From Octopus bimaculoides (Eukaryota), in NCBI RefSeq assembly GCF_001194135.2, contig NC_068982.1:29342054-29406053 (forward strand): a stretch of DNA of 64,000 nt. The letters are read 5' to 3'. The notes under the pieces are model-generated. The model had not been told where the DNA came from and made no database searches. It was given only the letters and a program-made list of their open reading frames with translations. Below are positions 51,851-64,000 of the stretch, one piece after another; position 1 is the first letter of the stretch; each line of letters starts with the position of its first letter. Made by a program: the position numbers and the translations under genes.

Positions 51851-52399
51851 CTGTGTGTGTCTTTGTGTCTGTGTTTGTCCCCAACCACTGCTTGACAACC
51901 AGTGTTGGTGTATTTATCTCCCTGTAACTTAGTGGTTCAGCCAAAGAGCAATAAAATATGTATCAGGCTTAAAAAAAAGTACTTGGGTTGATTCATTTGA
52001 CTAAAAACAATTCAAGGTGGTACCCCAGCTTGGCCAGAATCTAATGACTAAAGCAAATGAAAGAAAAGAATATGGAGGTTAATTTAGTTTATTATACTCC
52101 ACTTCTACAAATTTCTGTGTTTGCACTGATGTAGAGAAAACAAACAAATAAAAAAACCTCATTATGCATGTGAATAAGAATTACAGGATTGCTTATAATA
52201 ATAATGTTGGTATCATCTGCAACAATGGTAAGGAAAAAAAAAATCATAGTGTAAAAGTTAATGGATAAATTAGAGTTGGCAAAACTTCCAGAGCAAATAA
52301 ATAAAGAAGCAAATAAAAAAAAAGAAAGAGAGAAAAAATGAAAGAAGGAAAAAAGTAAGAAAGAAAGAGAAAGTAAGAAAGACACAGATAGGGAAGCAG

Positions 52400-52420
52400 A
52401 TGTATACATACATACATACA

Positions 52421-52454
<34 letters not shown>

Positions 52455-52525
52455 CATACAAATGTACATACATACAAACATACATATCTACATACATGCA
52501 TATGTACATACATATACATACATAG

Positions 52526-52556
<31 letters not shown>

Positions 52557-52745
52557 CATACATAAGTACATAAAAACATTTAAACAGTAGGGTAAAAAAT
52601 TGGTCTCCTTTATATATACATATGTACATATGTATGTACATACAGTACACACACTACATAAATACATAATAAATACATACATACATACATACATAAATGC
52701 ATACATAGATACATACATACATACATACATACATACATACAGTAG
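52400..52745. repeat. Long degenerate (CATA)n microsatellite
   Basis: Visible directly. Confidence 0.95.
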
Positions 52746-53120
52746 ACACACACAAATATAAAAAAAAAAGAACTGTCAGCTATCACTGAGAGAATCTTCA
52801 GTAAATTCTAAAGTATTTTTTTGGTTTAATGGTGTTAGCATTGAAAGAAAGTATGTTATAATGATTTTTGAAGAAAGGCATTTAAAGATGAAAGTGATGC
52901 AAATTAGAAGGTAGAAATGGTAAGGTGTTAAAAGAACGGAACTAAGAGAGAGATTTGTCAACAACATTTTCTATTTCTATCAATGCACAACTATTCTCTT
53001 CGCCCCAATATACATAGAGATAATACACACACACACACACACATATATATAAGCATATATTTGTATATGTACGTATATCTGTGTGCATCATATGTATATG
53101 TATGTATATATCTATATCTA

Positions 53121-53163
<43 letters not shown>

Positions 53164-53314
53164 ATATATATAGGAAGGGCATCCAGCTGTAGAAACTCTG
53201 CCAAATTAGATTGGAGCCTGGTGTTGCCATCCGGTTTCACCAGTCCTCAGTCAAATCGTCCAACCCATGCTAGCATGGAAAGTGGACGTTAAACGATGAT
53301 GATGATGATGATGA

Positions 53315-53349
<35 letters not shown>

Positions 53350-53469
53350 GTGTATATATATATATTTTCTTTAATCTGAGCATATATATGAACGTTAAAA
53401 TCATCATCTTTAATCTAAATTACTTTCAAATTTTCTGGAACATGACATGTAAAATATAATATTGTGAAG

Positions 53470-53732
53470 TATGAGTGTGAGTGTGTGTGTGTGTGTGTGT
53501 ATGTGTGTGAGTGTGTGTATGTGTGAGTGTTTGTGTATCTGTGTTGTGAATATGTGTGTTTGTGATTTCTATGCAACTGTCCATCTACATCTGTCTATCT
53601 CTCTGTCAGTGTTCATCTGTGTCTGTCTGTGTCTGTCTGTCTGTCTGTCTGTGTCTGTCTGTCTGTCTGTGTCTGTGTTTGTCTGTGTCTGTCTGTCTGT
53701 GTCTGTCTGTCTGTTTGTCTGTGTCTGTCCGT
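53470..53732. repeat. (TG)n followed by (TCTG)n microsatellite
   Basis: Visible directly; runs into an N gap. Confidence 0.95.
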
Positions 53733-54004
53733 NNNNNNNNNNNNNNNNNNNNNNNNNNNNNNNNNNNNNNNNNNNNNNNNNNNNNNNNNNNNNNNNNNNN
53801 NNNNNNNNNNNNNNNNNNNNNNNNNNNNNNNNNNNNNNNNNNNNNNNNNNNNNNNNNNNNNNNNNNNNNNNNNNNNNNNNNNNNNNNNNNNNNNNNNNNN
53901 NNNNNNNNNNNNNNNNNNNNNNNNNNNNNNNNNNNNNNNNNNNNNNNNNNNNNNNNNNNNNNNNNNNNNNNNNNNNNNNNNNNNNNNNNNNNNNNNNNNN
54001 NNNN

Positions 54005-54090
54005 CTCCTCCCCCCCTCCCCAAAAGAAAAGCTCTACATTGTATTTGTCCCATCTTCGTTGAGCCCTGTGTGGCTAATAAAAAAATGTAT
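54005..54090 (+). mobile_element. 3' end of the same LINE-like family
   Basis: Near-identical to the reverse complement of 1949-2030; follows (TCTG)n and an N gap. Confidence 0.55.
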
Positions 54091-54698
54091 ATACACACAT
54101 AAACACATCTTTTTTCCTTAGTCCACTTGTCTCTTTTAGTCTTCATGTCTAAGGCCATACTAGCGCAAAGTTTTTTAAGTCAAATGTTCTGTCTCTGTTT
54201 CCTTTCCATATATGTCTAGAGATCCAATAATTTTTGCTTGTACTTTTCACTATGTGCAGCATTCCTAGATTACAAATCAAGAATTTCTAAAGTCTACTCT
54301 GTTTTAGTTATAGTTTTTTTCTTTTTTTCAACTGGCTTGTCTAGTATGTTACATTTCTATGAACCTATATACGGCTGGGAAGACTCAGGAGCAGGGCATA
54401 TACAAAGGATGTTCATTCAGTATACTAGTCCAAGGCCTCTATCTACCCATCAGGGTCCTTTCTTAAGACCTTACAGCTGAATTTTGAGAGGCGCCTACCA
54501 CTTGATGATTCTACCACCTTAGGATTTTACCAACTCAGGATTCCACCCTCTTAGGAATCTATTGCCTGAAAGCACTTTTGTTCCACATTGCAGAATTTCT
54601 CTTGGAGGCTCTGCTATGGGTAAAATTTGGTCTAGTAAACCCTTTGGGAAGTAATTGATTAACTGAGGGTTTCTGAAGACTAATACATTAGTGTCTAA

Positions 54699-54914
54699 CC
54701 CTTTAGCATTTACATCAGTCATACCTGGTTCAAATATTCTTCCTGATTAATGTTTAAAATGTCAAGATCTGGACCCTGCAATGTCATTCTAAACATAAAC
54801 AGTCAAATAGTCATGCTATCAAAGTATCAAAGCTACAAGATAAAACATGTTTAATTCAAAAGAATGTTAATGAATAGATATAAAATTTGACAGAGTAATC
54901 TGGATGTTAAAGGG
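54699..54914. mobile_element. piggyBac-type MITE (216 bp), same family as 7180-7651
   Basis: ctaa|CCCTTTAGC ... GTTAAAGGG|ctag. Its subterminal sequences resemble the 7180 copy; the TSD is degenerate. Confidence 0.6.
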
Positions 54915-55117
54915 CTAGAGGCCAATTAGTGTTAAATGAAGCAAAGAAATATGTTTGGTCAAGAATATGGAAGTGGAAGGGTTAAGTTCATATAACTGAG
55001 TTTGTATTATGTTTCTACATATATTGCAACAACCTACAGTAAGAACTAATATTAGTAGGTAGTATAATATAGATAGCATTATGTAAGTAGTATTGAGTTG
55101 GCGAGCTGGCAGAATTA

Positions 55118-56384
55118 TTAGGTCATGATGAAATTTGTAGTAAGTTATATGGTAAAATTTGACAGCTGCTCATTTTTCGTCATTATTATATTCTGACAAT
55201 CTTTATTTTTTGTTTGAAAGCTGACACATCTATTTTATTTTTCTAACTCATTTTGCACTTTATAAAGTATTTATATATCGTTTTTTGCTATTTTTGTTTA
55301 GAGATGGATAAGTCAGAAATTTGTACAGTTTTGAAGTATGAGTTCTTTCTTGGAAATACTGCATCACAGACAGCTTGGAATATTAATGGAGTATTTCATT
55401 CTAATGTTATTATACAGCAGACAGTATCAGATTGGTTTGCAAAATTTCGTTCTGGTAACTTTGACCTCACAAATGAGCAATGCGGTTGACCAGAAACAAA
55501 GGTGGATAATGACGAACTGAAAGCCACCGTCGAGTGAGATCCATCTCAAAGTGCCTATAAATTATTGCTGTTGTTTGGTGTTAGCAAGCAAACAATATTG
55601 ACTCACATAGTTCAAATCGGTAAAGTGAAAAAGCTGGATAAGTGGGTTCCACATGAACTCAATGAAAATCAGAAACAGCAACGTTTGGAAGCTTGCATTA
55701 TGCTACTTTCTCATCACAAAAATGAATCATTTTTGAATCGAATTGTAAGTTGTGATGAGAAAGGAATCCAATACAACAACCTTAAATGTTCAGCACAATG
55801 GTTGGACCAAGACAGTCCAAAAAGCAAAATTCATCAAAAGAAGCTAATGGTGTGTGTTTGGTGGTCTGACACAGGTGTGATCCATTATGATTTCATTAAA
55901 CCTGGCTCATCAATCATGGCCGAAGTATACTGCTGCCAACTGAACCAAATGATGCAGAAACTTACAAAACAACAGCCTAGATTAGTCAACAGATCCACTT
56001 CTATTTTATAGCAGGACAACTCCAGACCACACATCGCAAAAATGACATTGGCGAAACTACAGGAGTTGGAGTTGGAAGTTCTCCATCATCCACCATACTC
56101 ACCTGATCTTGCCCCCACTGATTACCACTGCTTCCAGAATTTGGATAACTTTTTGATAAGAAAAAATTTAATTCTGTCGATGCTGTAAAACAGGCATTTC
56201 AAGATTTTATTGACTCTAGATTGCCAGGTTTTTATAGTTCCAATCTGGACAAGCTACCACTGAAATGGCAAAAGTGTATTGATGATATGGGTATGTACTT
56301 TGATGAATAAAACTATTCCTAGTATTTATAAAACATTAGCAAACTTTGTTTTCTTTTCTATAAATTTCATACTTGACGACTTAG
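55118..56384 (+). mobile_element. Full-length (~1.27 kb) mariner DNA transposon, degenerate
   Basis: Imperfect TIRs: left TTAGGTCATGATGAAATTTGTAG; right (reverse complement) CTAAGTCGTCAAGTATGAAATTTATAG. TA on both sides (55116-55117, 56385-56386). Encloses a transposase pseudogene. Confidence 0.92.
55304..56310 (+). pseudogene. Mariner (DD34D) transposase pseudogene
   Basis: MDKSEICTVLKYEF...WFAKFRSGNFDL...KWVPHEL...CDEK...LMVCVWW...QDNSRPH...HPPYSPDLAPTDY...KWQKCIDDMGMYFDE*. WVPHEL and YSPDL motifs are present, with 34 residues between D2 and D3. Three in-frame stops (55487, ~55535, 56009) and one frameshift near 56165. Confidence 0.95.
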
Positions 56385-58145
56385 TATTAGCATGCTGTAC
56401 AAAATGCTTAGTGGCATTTCATTCATCTTCACGTTCTGAGTTCAAATTCCACCAAGGTCAACTTTGCCTTTCATCTTTTGGGGTCGATAAATTAACTACC
56501 AGTCGAGCACTAGGAGCAATATAATCGACTTAACCCCTCCCCCAAAATTTCAGGCCTTGTGCATATAGTAGAAAAGTAGTATCATCTACCCACAGTAGCT
56601 GAAGTTTCTGATGTCATAAATGCAACTCGCTGGCTTAATAAGGTAGATTTCAAAGCTTGCACACAGATACTGTTATAACTTTGATTCACGTATTACCTAT
56701 TAATATCTAATCATCCATAGGATTATACTCACAGGTTTTAATATACACACAAAGGGAAGGAAAACTCACAAAAAATAATTAATTAATTAATTAATCAATT
56801 AATTAATGTTGCAAAATTTTCAGGAAAATTACAAAGATGTTTAAAGATCAAAACTCGAAAATTTAATAGTTTACACTTGAAAGTTATATTATGAATTTGA
56901 GATTGTGAAAAAATTATGGAATGAAATAATAAACATGTGCTTATTGAACTAATTGGTTTGTTAACAAAATTGGAGTTAATAAAAGCTTTGGCTTGTTCTC
57001 TTTGTTCTTTAAAGTACTGAGGTGTTTCATGATCTGAGACTACCCTTTTCATATCCAGCTGAAGTACACATTGTTGTATTGTGTTCAGGAATACAAAGTA
57101 ACACATGTGATAGATTCTATATTCATGACTGATTGACAGATTGCCTGTTGCCCTCTTATAAATATGTATTAGCCTCCTTGGACATTCCAACTGAACAAGA
57201 AGGCCGAGATGCACCAATTAGTTGTTCACTGCATTTCTAAGGGAACACATTCAGAATGCTTGTATTATGTTAGTTCAGATGATTACAAAAATAGCTTCTG
57301 GAAATGGGTTATGAACTGATAATTGACAATAGGAATCTCTTACTAAGCATAAAATAGAGAGAGAAAGAGAGAGAGAGAGAGAGCGTGTGTGTCTGTTTTT
57401 GTGTATGTGTGGGTTTGAATGTATGTGTATGTATGTGCATAAGTGTGTGTGTGTGTGTGAATGCAGATGTAATAGTACAGGACTTCATACAACAATGTCT
57501 CTGCTACTGTATTAACAGAATAACTGGTTTCCAAATGCACTGCAGCTGGTGGACATTTTATGAAGTATCATTGTTATCTCCCTTGACATAAGCTGTTGAT
57601 GGCAAGTTCTTTAGTGGTCTAAAATAACTAGTTTCTCAGAGCTGGTAGAAATCGTTACGGCACCAGGCAAAATGCTTGGCAGCATATTGTCCGTCTTTAT
57701 GTTCTGAGTTCAAATGCTGCCAAATCCAACTCTGCCTTTCATCCTTTCAGTGCTAGGGTCGATCTAATCAACTTACTCTCTTCCTCCAAATTTCTGGCTT
57801 TGTTACAAATTTGAAATCAAAATTACTATGATCCAAGGCAGTGAGCTGACAGAATTGTTAGCATGCCGGGCAAAATGCTTAGCAGTACTTCATCTATATT
57901 TATGTTTTGAGTTCAAATTCAACCAAGGTCTACTTTGTCTTTCATCCTTTCAGGGGCGATAAAATATGTACTAGTTGAGTACTGGGGTCGATGTAATCAG
58001 GCATGTCACATGACTTTTAGAGGCCCCCTGCAACACTTTGTTTTGAGGACCCAACCCTTCAACCAAAATTCATAATCTATTCACCTTTTATTAATAGCTA
58101 TATTTTACTTTATTCCATCTGAAGTTCAATATTTCACATTATCCT

Positions 58146-58535
58146 AGGAGTGGCTGTGTGGTAAGTAGCTTGCTTACCAACCACATGGTTCCAGGTTCAG
58201 TCCCACTGCGTGGCACCTTGGGCAAGTGTCTTCTACTATAGCCTCGGGCTGACCAAAGCCTTGTGAATGGATTTGGTAGATGGAAACTGAAAGAAGCCCG
58301 TCGTATATATATGCATATGTATGTGTATGTGTGTGTTTGTGTGCCTGTGTTTGTTCCCCCAACATCGCTCGACATCTGATGCTGGTGTGTTTATGTCCCT
58401 GTAACTTAGCGGTTCGGCAAAAGAGACCGATAGAATAAGTACTAGGCTTACAAAGAATAAGTCCTGGGGTCGATTTGTTTGACTAAAGGTGGTGCTCCAG
58501 CATGGCCGCAGTCAAATGACTGAAACAAGTAAAAA
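58146..58535 (+). mobile_element. Composite tRNA-derived SINE ('family A'), best-preserved copy
   Basis: Head aggagtggctgtgtggtaag...ggttcagtcccactgcgtggcaccttgggcaagtgtcttc, an internal (TA/TG)n, and a tail ...cagtcaaatgactgaaacaagtaaaa. Other copies at ~6250-6635(+), 12570-12960(-), 15545-15950(-), 24685-25180(+), 39753-40100(-), 42683-43140(+), 48110-48535(-), 49790-50165(+), 62720-62870(+). Confidence 0.85.
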
Positions 58536-59244
58536 AAGAAGAAAAAAAAATAGGGAAGTTCGTAATACAATGTAATATTCTTACAAGAACTTTTGCAGGT
58601 ACAATGTATTACCATATTATTTCTTGAAATTTTCAGTTAATACAATTTAACTCTTGTTCAACATGTTAACCAAAGAAAATAGATTACTCATCTGTGTACT
58701 TTGATCTTAATATGGAGCCTCTCAACTGCAGAGGCCCCTGCAACCATGGGGGTTGCAGGGGCTTAGCAACAGCCCTGGATGTAATTGACTTACTCCCTTC
58801 CCCAAAATTGCTTACCTGGTGCCAAAATATGAGATCAATATTCTTTTCTGCTCTAGGCACAAGGCCTGAAATGTTGGGCAAGGGTGGGTCAGTTGATTAA
58901 ATTGACCCCAGTATGCAAATGATACTTAATTTATCGACCGCAAAAGGATGAAAAGCAAAGTTGGCCTCAGCGGAATTTGAACTCAGAATGTAAAGACAGA
59001 CAAAATACTGCTAAGCATTTCGCTTGGCATGCCAACGTTTCTACCAGCCCATGAGACCAATATTACTATGAACTCAAGAACTTTTGTTTACAATCTATTG
59101 GCTGTATTTGTTAGATAGAACAATTAACCAGGATACTCAAGCATACATCATGTTGTATGGACTTGAACTTTATAGAAGATAGCCCTTCTTTCTATATGTA
59201 TTCTATCTGAAATCTTGCATAATGTTTCAAACATATAAACATAT

Positions 59245-59292
<48 letters not shown>

Positions 59293-61742
59293 CTATTAAA
59301 CTGCAAGAGATGATGCAGATAAGTTCTGTCTATAGAAACTTGCTATCTGATGGACTTCTCTTTCATAAAACTATTTTCATATGCTTTGTTTGTTCAAATA
59401 TTTATTTTTTCATCGGGATATGGTATTTGTTTAAGTTAGCAGTTACAAGGTTGTTTTTATCTGCTAGTCTTATTGGTGCTAATAGCCTGGAATCATCGGA
59501 TAGAGCTCACTAAATATGGTATTTTCAGACATAAGGTGACTGATAGAATATCCAATGTCCAAGAAATATTGGTTTTGGAATTTTGGCACAAGGCCAGTAA
59601 CTTTAGGGAACAGAGAAAATCAATTGCATCAATCTCAGTACTTATTTTATCGACGCTGAAAGGAAGTAAGGTAAAGTTGACCTCGGTGGTATTTGAACTC
59701 AGAACATAAAGATAGACAAAAGGCTGCTAAGCATTTTGCCTAGCATGTTGATGGTTTTGCCAGCTCACCACCTTACTGCCCACGAAATATTACTTAATAG
59801 GTGCAAACATAGACATGTAGTTAAGAAGCCTGCTTCCTAACTATAAAGTCTTAGGTTCAATCCCACTGCACAGTACCTTGGGTGAGTCCCTTCTATTCTG
59901 GCCCCAGGCTGACCAAAACCTTATCAGTAGATTTGGTAAACAGAAAATAGAAGAAGCCCATTATGTATGTATGTATATATTGTTCATCTTTTACTTGTTT
60001 GAGTCACTAGACTGTGGCCATACTGGGGCACAACCGTGAAAAATTTTAGTTGAATGAATTGATCCGAATACTTATTTCTTTTTATAACCTGGAACACTTA
60101 TTCTATTAGTCTCTTTTGCTGAACAGCTAAGTTATGGGGACGTAAACACTGGTTGTCAAGTGGAGCTAGGAGTCAAACACAGACACAAAGACTCACCCAC
60201 ATAGATTTACATAGCATACACCCCCCACATCATCGTCGTCGTCATCATCATCATCTTCATCATCGTCATCATTATCACCATCGTCATCGTCGTTGTCGTC
60301 ATCATAATTTAACGTCCATTCTCCACGCTGGCATGCGTTGGATGACTTGACAGTAATAGGCCAGCTGGAGAGCTGCTTGGGTTCCATTTTGTCTATTTTG
60401 GCATTGATTCTGTGGCTAGATGCCCTTCCAAATCTGACCACTTTACAGAGTGTACTGGACGCTTTTAACGTGACACCAGCTTCAGAATTCTGACATGGCA
60501 CTGGCATGAACACTTTGAAGTGACACTGGTACAGGTGCCTTGGTGTGGCACAGGTGCTTTTACATGGTACTGACATGGGTGCTTTTATGTGGCACTGGTA
60601 TGGGCATTTTTGTGTGGCACTGGCACAGACATTTTCAGGTGACAGTGAGCTGGCAGAATCATTAGCACATGAGACTAAATACTTAGAAGTTTTTCTTCCA
60701 GCTTTACATTCTGAGTTCAAATTGTGCCGAGTTTGACTTTGTCTTACATTCTTTCATGGTTGATAAAATTAGTACCAGTCAAGCACTGGGGGTTAATGTA
60801 ATTGACTAACCCTCACCCACTTCTCAAAATTTCAGGCTTTGTGCCTATTGTAGACAGAATATTAATATTTAATTTTTCTGAGTTCAAATTCAGACGAGGT
60901 CGATTTTGCCTCTCATCATTTTGGGGTTGATAAATTAAGTACCAGTTGCATACTGAGATCAATGTAATCAACTGGCTCCCTCCCCCAAAATTTCAGGCCT
61001 TGTGCCTAGAGTAGAAAAGAATATTAATAACAATAATATGACACCTCAAATTCTTTAGTAGATTCCTAAATTATGCAGATGAGTTGAAAAGAATATTAAT
61101 ATTTAATTTCTTGGACATTAATAAATTCCATAAAGTCTTGTAGTTCTAATCAACAAGTCAAATGAATATGTCTATTAGAATGTCAATCTTAACAAAGCGG
61201 CACAATGAAGTAAGCTGGATAAAAAGTACCAATATTTCATCTTGATATACAGATATTAACAGCCAAATTGAACATTGGATTATACTTGAAACCCCTTCTT
61301 GATGTATTGACTATAGAAAAAAATATGTAAATAAATATGATTTCAGTGAAAATGGTATAGCATATATCAAGAAACATATAATTTTAGATCAAAGTGCAAG
61401 AATTAAGTGAAGAGCATTCTTTTGATTGCTCTTACATAGATCATAGCTGCATATGTGTAAGTACTGGCATCCAAATAATTGTCAAGCAATGTAAGAATGA
61501 AGAATTGTTCAAGTCAACCATTAATTATAGCTTTCATATCTTAGCATGAGACACTTTATTGCCTAATATATTACCACTCAGTCAAACCATTCTTTGAGAC
61601 ATAAAAATAGCTTAATATTACTTTTATGATAATAGCAATTTACTACATTTTTCACTTGTTACTTTCTTCCAATGTCTTAATATCAGGTTAACTCTGATGT
61701 TATTAATAAGAGATTCTGTGATTGCATTCATAAGAAAAATGT

Positions 61743-61845
61743 AGATGATGATGATGATGATAATGATGACGATGACAATGATGACAATGGTGATGATGGT
61801 GATAATGATGATGACGATGACAACGATGCTGATGATGACAATGAT
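61743..61845. repeat. (GAT/GAC)n microsatellite
   Basis: Visible directly. Confidence 0.9.
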
Positions 61846-63239
61846 ACATCAATTTACGGTTGAAGATTAGTTTATGAATTTAATATTTTAATGCCCAATA
61901 TCAATTATGTAGGATGTGTCCCGCTGTATCAATTGATATACTGATTGGCATACCGTATTATAACTATACTAGTATAATTACAATACCATCTTCTCCAAGT
62001 ATGTTATTGTTATTCTTAGTTTCAATATGGCAGTTATAATTCTGTAGTGACATTATTCTAATGCAAAAATCGAATTCTTGTACTAACATCCAGCCATATT
62101 TCAAAGTCCATTCATAGTTTTCTTCATATGTACATTTATTTATCAGAATCTGAATAAATATTTCATAAAATTCAAAATAAAGTTTAGTAACTTCAGAATT
62201 TTCAATTATTTACAAACTTATTAATATTATTGATTATTCTTCTTCCTAACATGGTTCTGCATATACTATTGCTTGTTCTGTTTGTAACTGTTTCATGTAC
62301 AACACAATTTTAGCTTTTATTTTTTAAAAAATATTCAAATGATAGATTTGAAGAAGCTCCCCATAATTTAAACAGTGTCAGAATAAATATGACACCTTGA
62401 AATGAAGCATACTTTCTAAAATATCAGCTTCACACTACATCTTAGTTTTAATTCACGCATCATCAAAGTGGCAGTAGCTAGCTTTTATAGAATTAATAAA
62501 ATATGAATGTTATTATGTTCCCACTTGTGAAATGTCTCAATGATTAAAAAGCCTGTACTGGGAAGCTTTTTAATATTGTTTTAACATTGGGTTAACTTTG
62601 CATTAATGACAAACTTCTGGGAAGAAAAGCAAAGAAGTTTAAATGGAAAATGTAAATTTATAAATAAATGATTGCATTATCAATTATGGGCTTGAACAAA
62701 GTAATATGAACAATTTTATTGCTGGTTGTGTGGCTAAGAAGCTTGCTTTGTTGTGACATGGATTTGGGTACAGTCCCACAGTCTGCCACCTTGGGCAAGT
62801 GTCTTCTACTAGAGCTCTTGGCTGACCAATGCTCTATGATTGAATTTGGTTGCCAGAAATAATGAGGTAGTTTGCCTGTCTGTCTGTCACTCACATATAT
62901 ACATACATGCATACATACATACATACATACATACATATGCAGTGGTTTACGTTTTGTTCCTTGGTTGTGTTGCTGTTGATGTTGTGGCCAGCCATGTTTT
63001 TTGTAGTAACCCTGCATGATAAGTTCAAGTTCCAGTTGAAAATCACAACAATCATGAATAAAATGTTTCCTCAGTCAATTCATCTGAAGATTAACCAGTT
63101 ACTTAACAGGGCTGATAGTTGTGGCTCCAAAGTTGGAGGTAGTCTTCATTGTATTTTCAATAAATAGTCTCCCATGCCAAATACACAGCTTATTGCTTTG
63201 ATTTCCTATGTATGTATGTATCATTAAATTCATGCCCAA

Positions 63240-63803
63240 AGAAGCTGCACAACTCTACCGCAATCTATCAGATGAAAGGATGAGCATATATGAACAGAAG
63301 ACCATGCATGGATATGTTAGTAGAAAGCTCAGAGATGATATTAACAATGATCACCAAAGCAGTTTATCATGGACCAACAACTAGATTACTACCCCCCATT
63401 TTGAAGGGTATGCATTTGCAATCCAGGAACAGGAAATATCAATCAAATACCTGCTGCACAAAAGGGACAGAGATGCAGGAAAAGCAGTAAAATGTGACAA
63501 CCAATACAAACTTAGTAGAGTTAATGCTGAAGATATTACCCACATTATAAGCAGCTGTTCCAAAATATCATCATGATATTATCTACTGATGAGACATGGT
63601 GTTGTAGCTAGGACACTGTATAATGAGATCTATTGAAAGGATAACTCCAAGGACAAAGAAATAAGAACCCACTTTATGGTGGAAGCCATAGCCACTCATA
63701 ATAAGGAGTACTGGTGAAATATCCCAGTGAAAAGCCTCCATAAAATGTAAGCACAACAGACCTGATATAATGATTTGGAGAAACTGTGTACAGTTGCAGA
63801 AAT
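63240..63803 (+). mobile_element. Internal fragment of the same REL-LINE family as 41488-42060
   Basis: KTMHGYV...HFEGYAFAIQEQEISIKYL...EDITHIISSC...RHGVVA...KCKHNRPDIMIW, with several stops. 63730-63803 aligns by eye to the reverse complement of 41975-42060. Confidence 0.8.
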
Positions 63804-64000
63804 ACACGTCACCTTACTGTACTCAAGAATACCTGTCCTCCACAGCTGAGGTGTTAAGATTGCATCCTCTGGTGAAGAGGATTAGCCAGCTAGAGTCTTG
63901 TGCCAGTGCCATTAGAAAAGCACTCATGTTGGTGCTACATAGAAGTGCTCAAAGCTGTGCTATGTTAAAAGTACCCAGCACACACTATAAAGTGGTTAGC

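Larger units (their letters stand above)
19728..64000 (-). other. RasGRF: Probable very long upstream RasGRF intron (no upstream PH1/coiled-coil exon found)
   Basis: A manual scan found no exon encoding the expected coiled-coil or PH1 segments. One could be hidden in an N gap or missed. Confidence 0.5.

Noticed and set aside
54350-54690. GC-richer segment that might be a LINE remnant
   Set aside because: No consistent motif series found.
56795-57217. 140-aa minus-strand ORF
   Set aside because: No recognisable motif or convincing splice signals; the AT-rich C-terminal half looks non-coding.
1-64000. CRISPR array, rRNA or prokaryotic operon
   Set aside because: No regularly spaced repeat-spacer units and no rRNA-like sequence; the DNA is eukaryotic and intronic.

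Overview
AT-rich, CpG-depleted, gap-containing animal genomic DNA with many microsatellites and tRNA-derived SINEs. The repeat landscape looks like a coleoid cephalopod, most likely Octopus (inference, no database check). The only host gene I can support is a minus-strand RasGRF (RASGRF1/2-type Ras GEF). Two coding exons are visible: 19727-19647 (81 nt, end of the coiled coil and lead-in to the IQ motif) and 6927-6674 (254 nt, IQ motif and start of the DH domain). They splice in frame to ...EEIRKIKK|[15 protein letters not shown]... The rest appears intronic and transposon-laden: a full-length degenerate mariner (DD34D), a hAT/Charlie fossil, piggyBac-type MITEs, RTE fragments, R4/Dong-type fragments, probable L1/Tx1 and Penelope-like fragments, and several SINE families. 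The most interesting item is a ~580-bp fold-back (31461-32040) of two head-to-head copies of a tRNA-headed element. Each tail carries a Penelope-type minimal hammerhead ribozyme motif, damaged by a different CpG-type mutation in each copy. At least three retroelement families appear to sit inside specific microsatellites: (TAA)n, (CATA)n and (TCTA)n-like. Most ORFs in the supplied track are microsatellite or gap artefacts. No CRISPR array, rRNA or genuine tRNA gene is supported.
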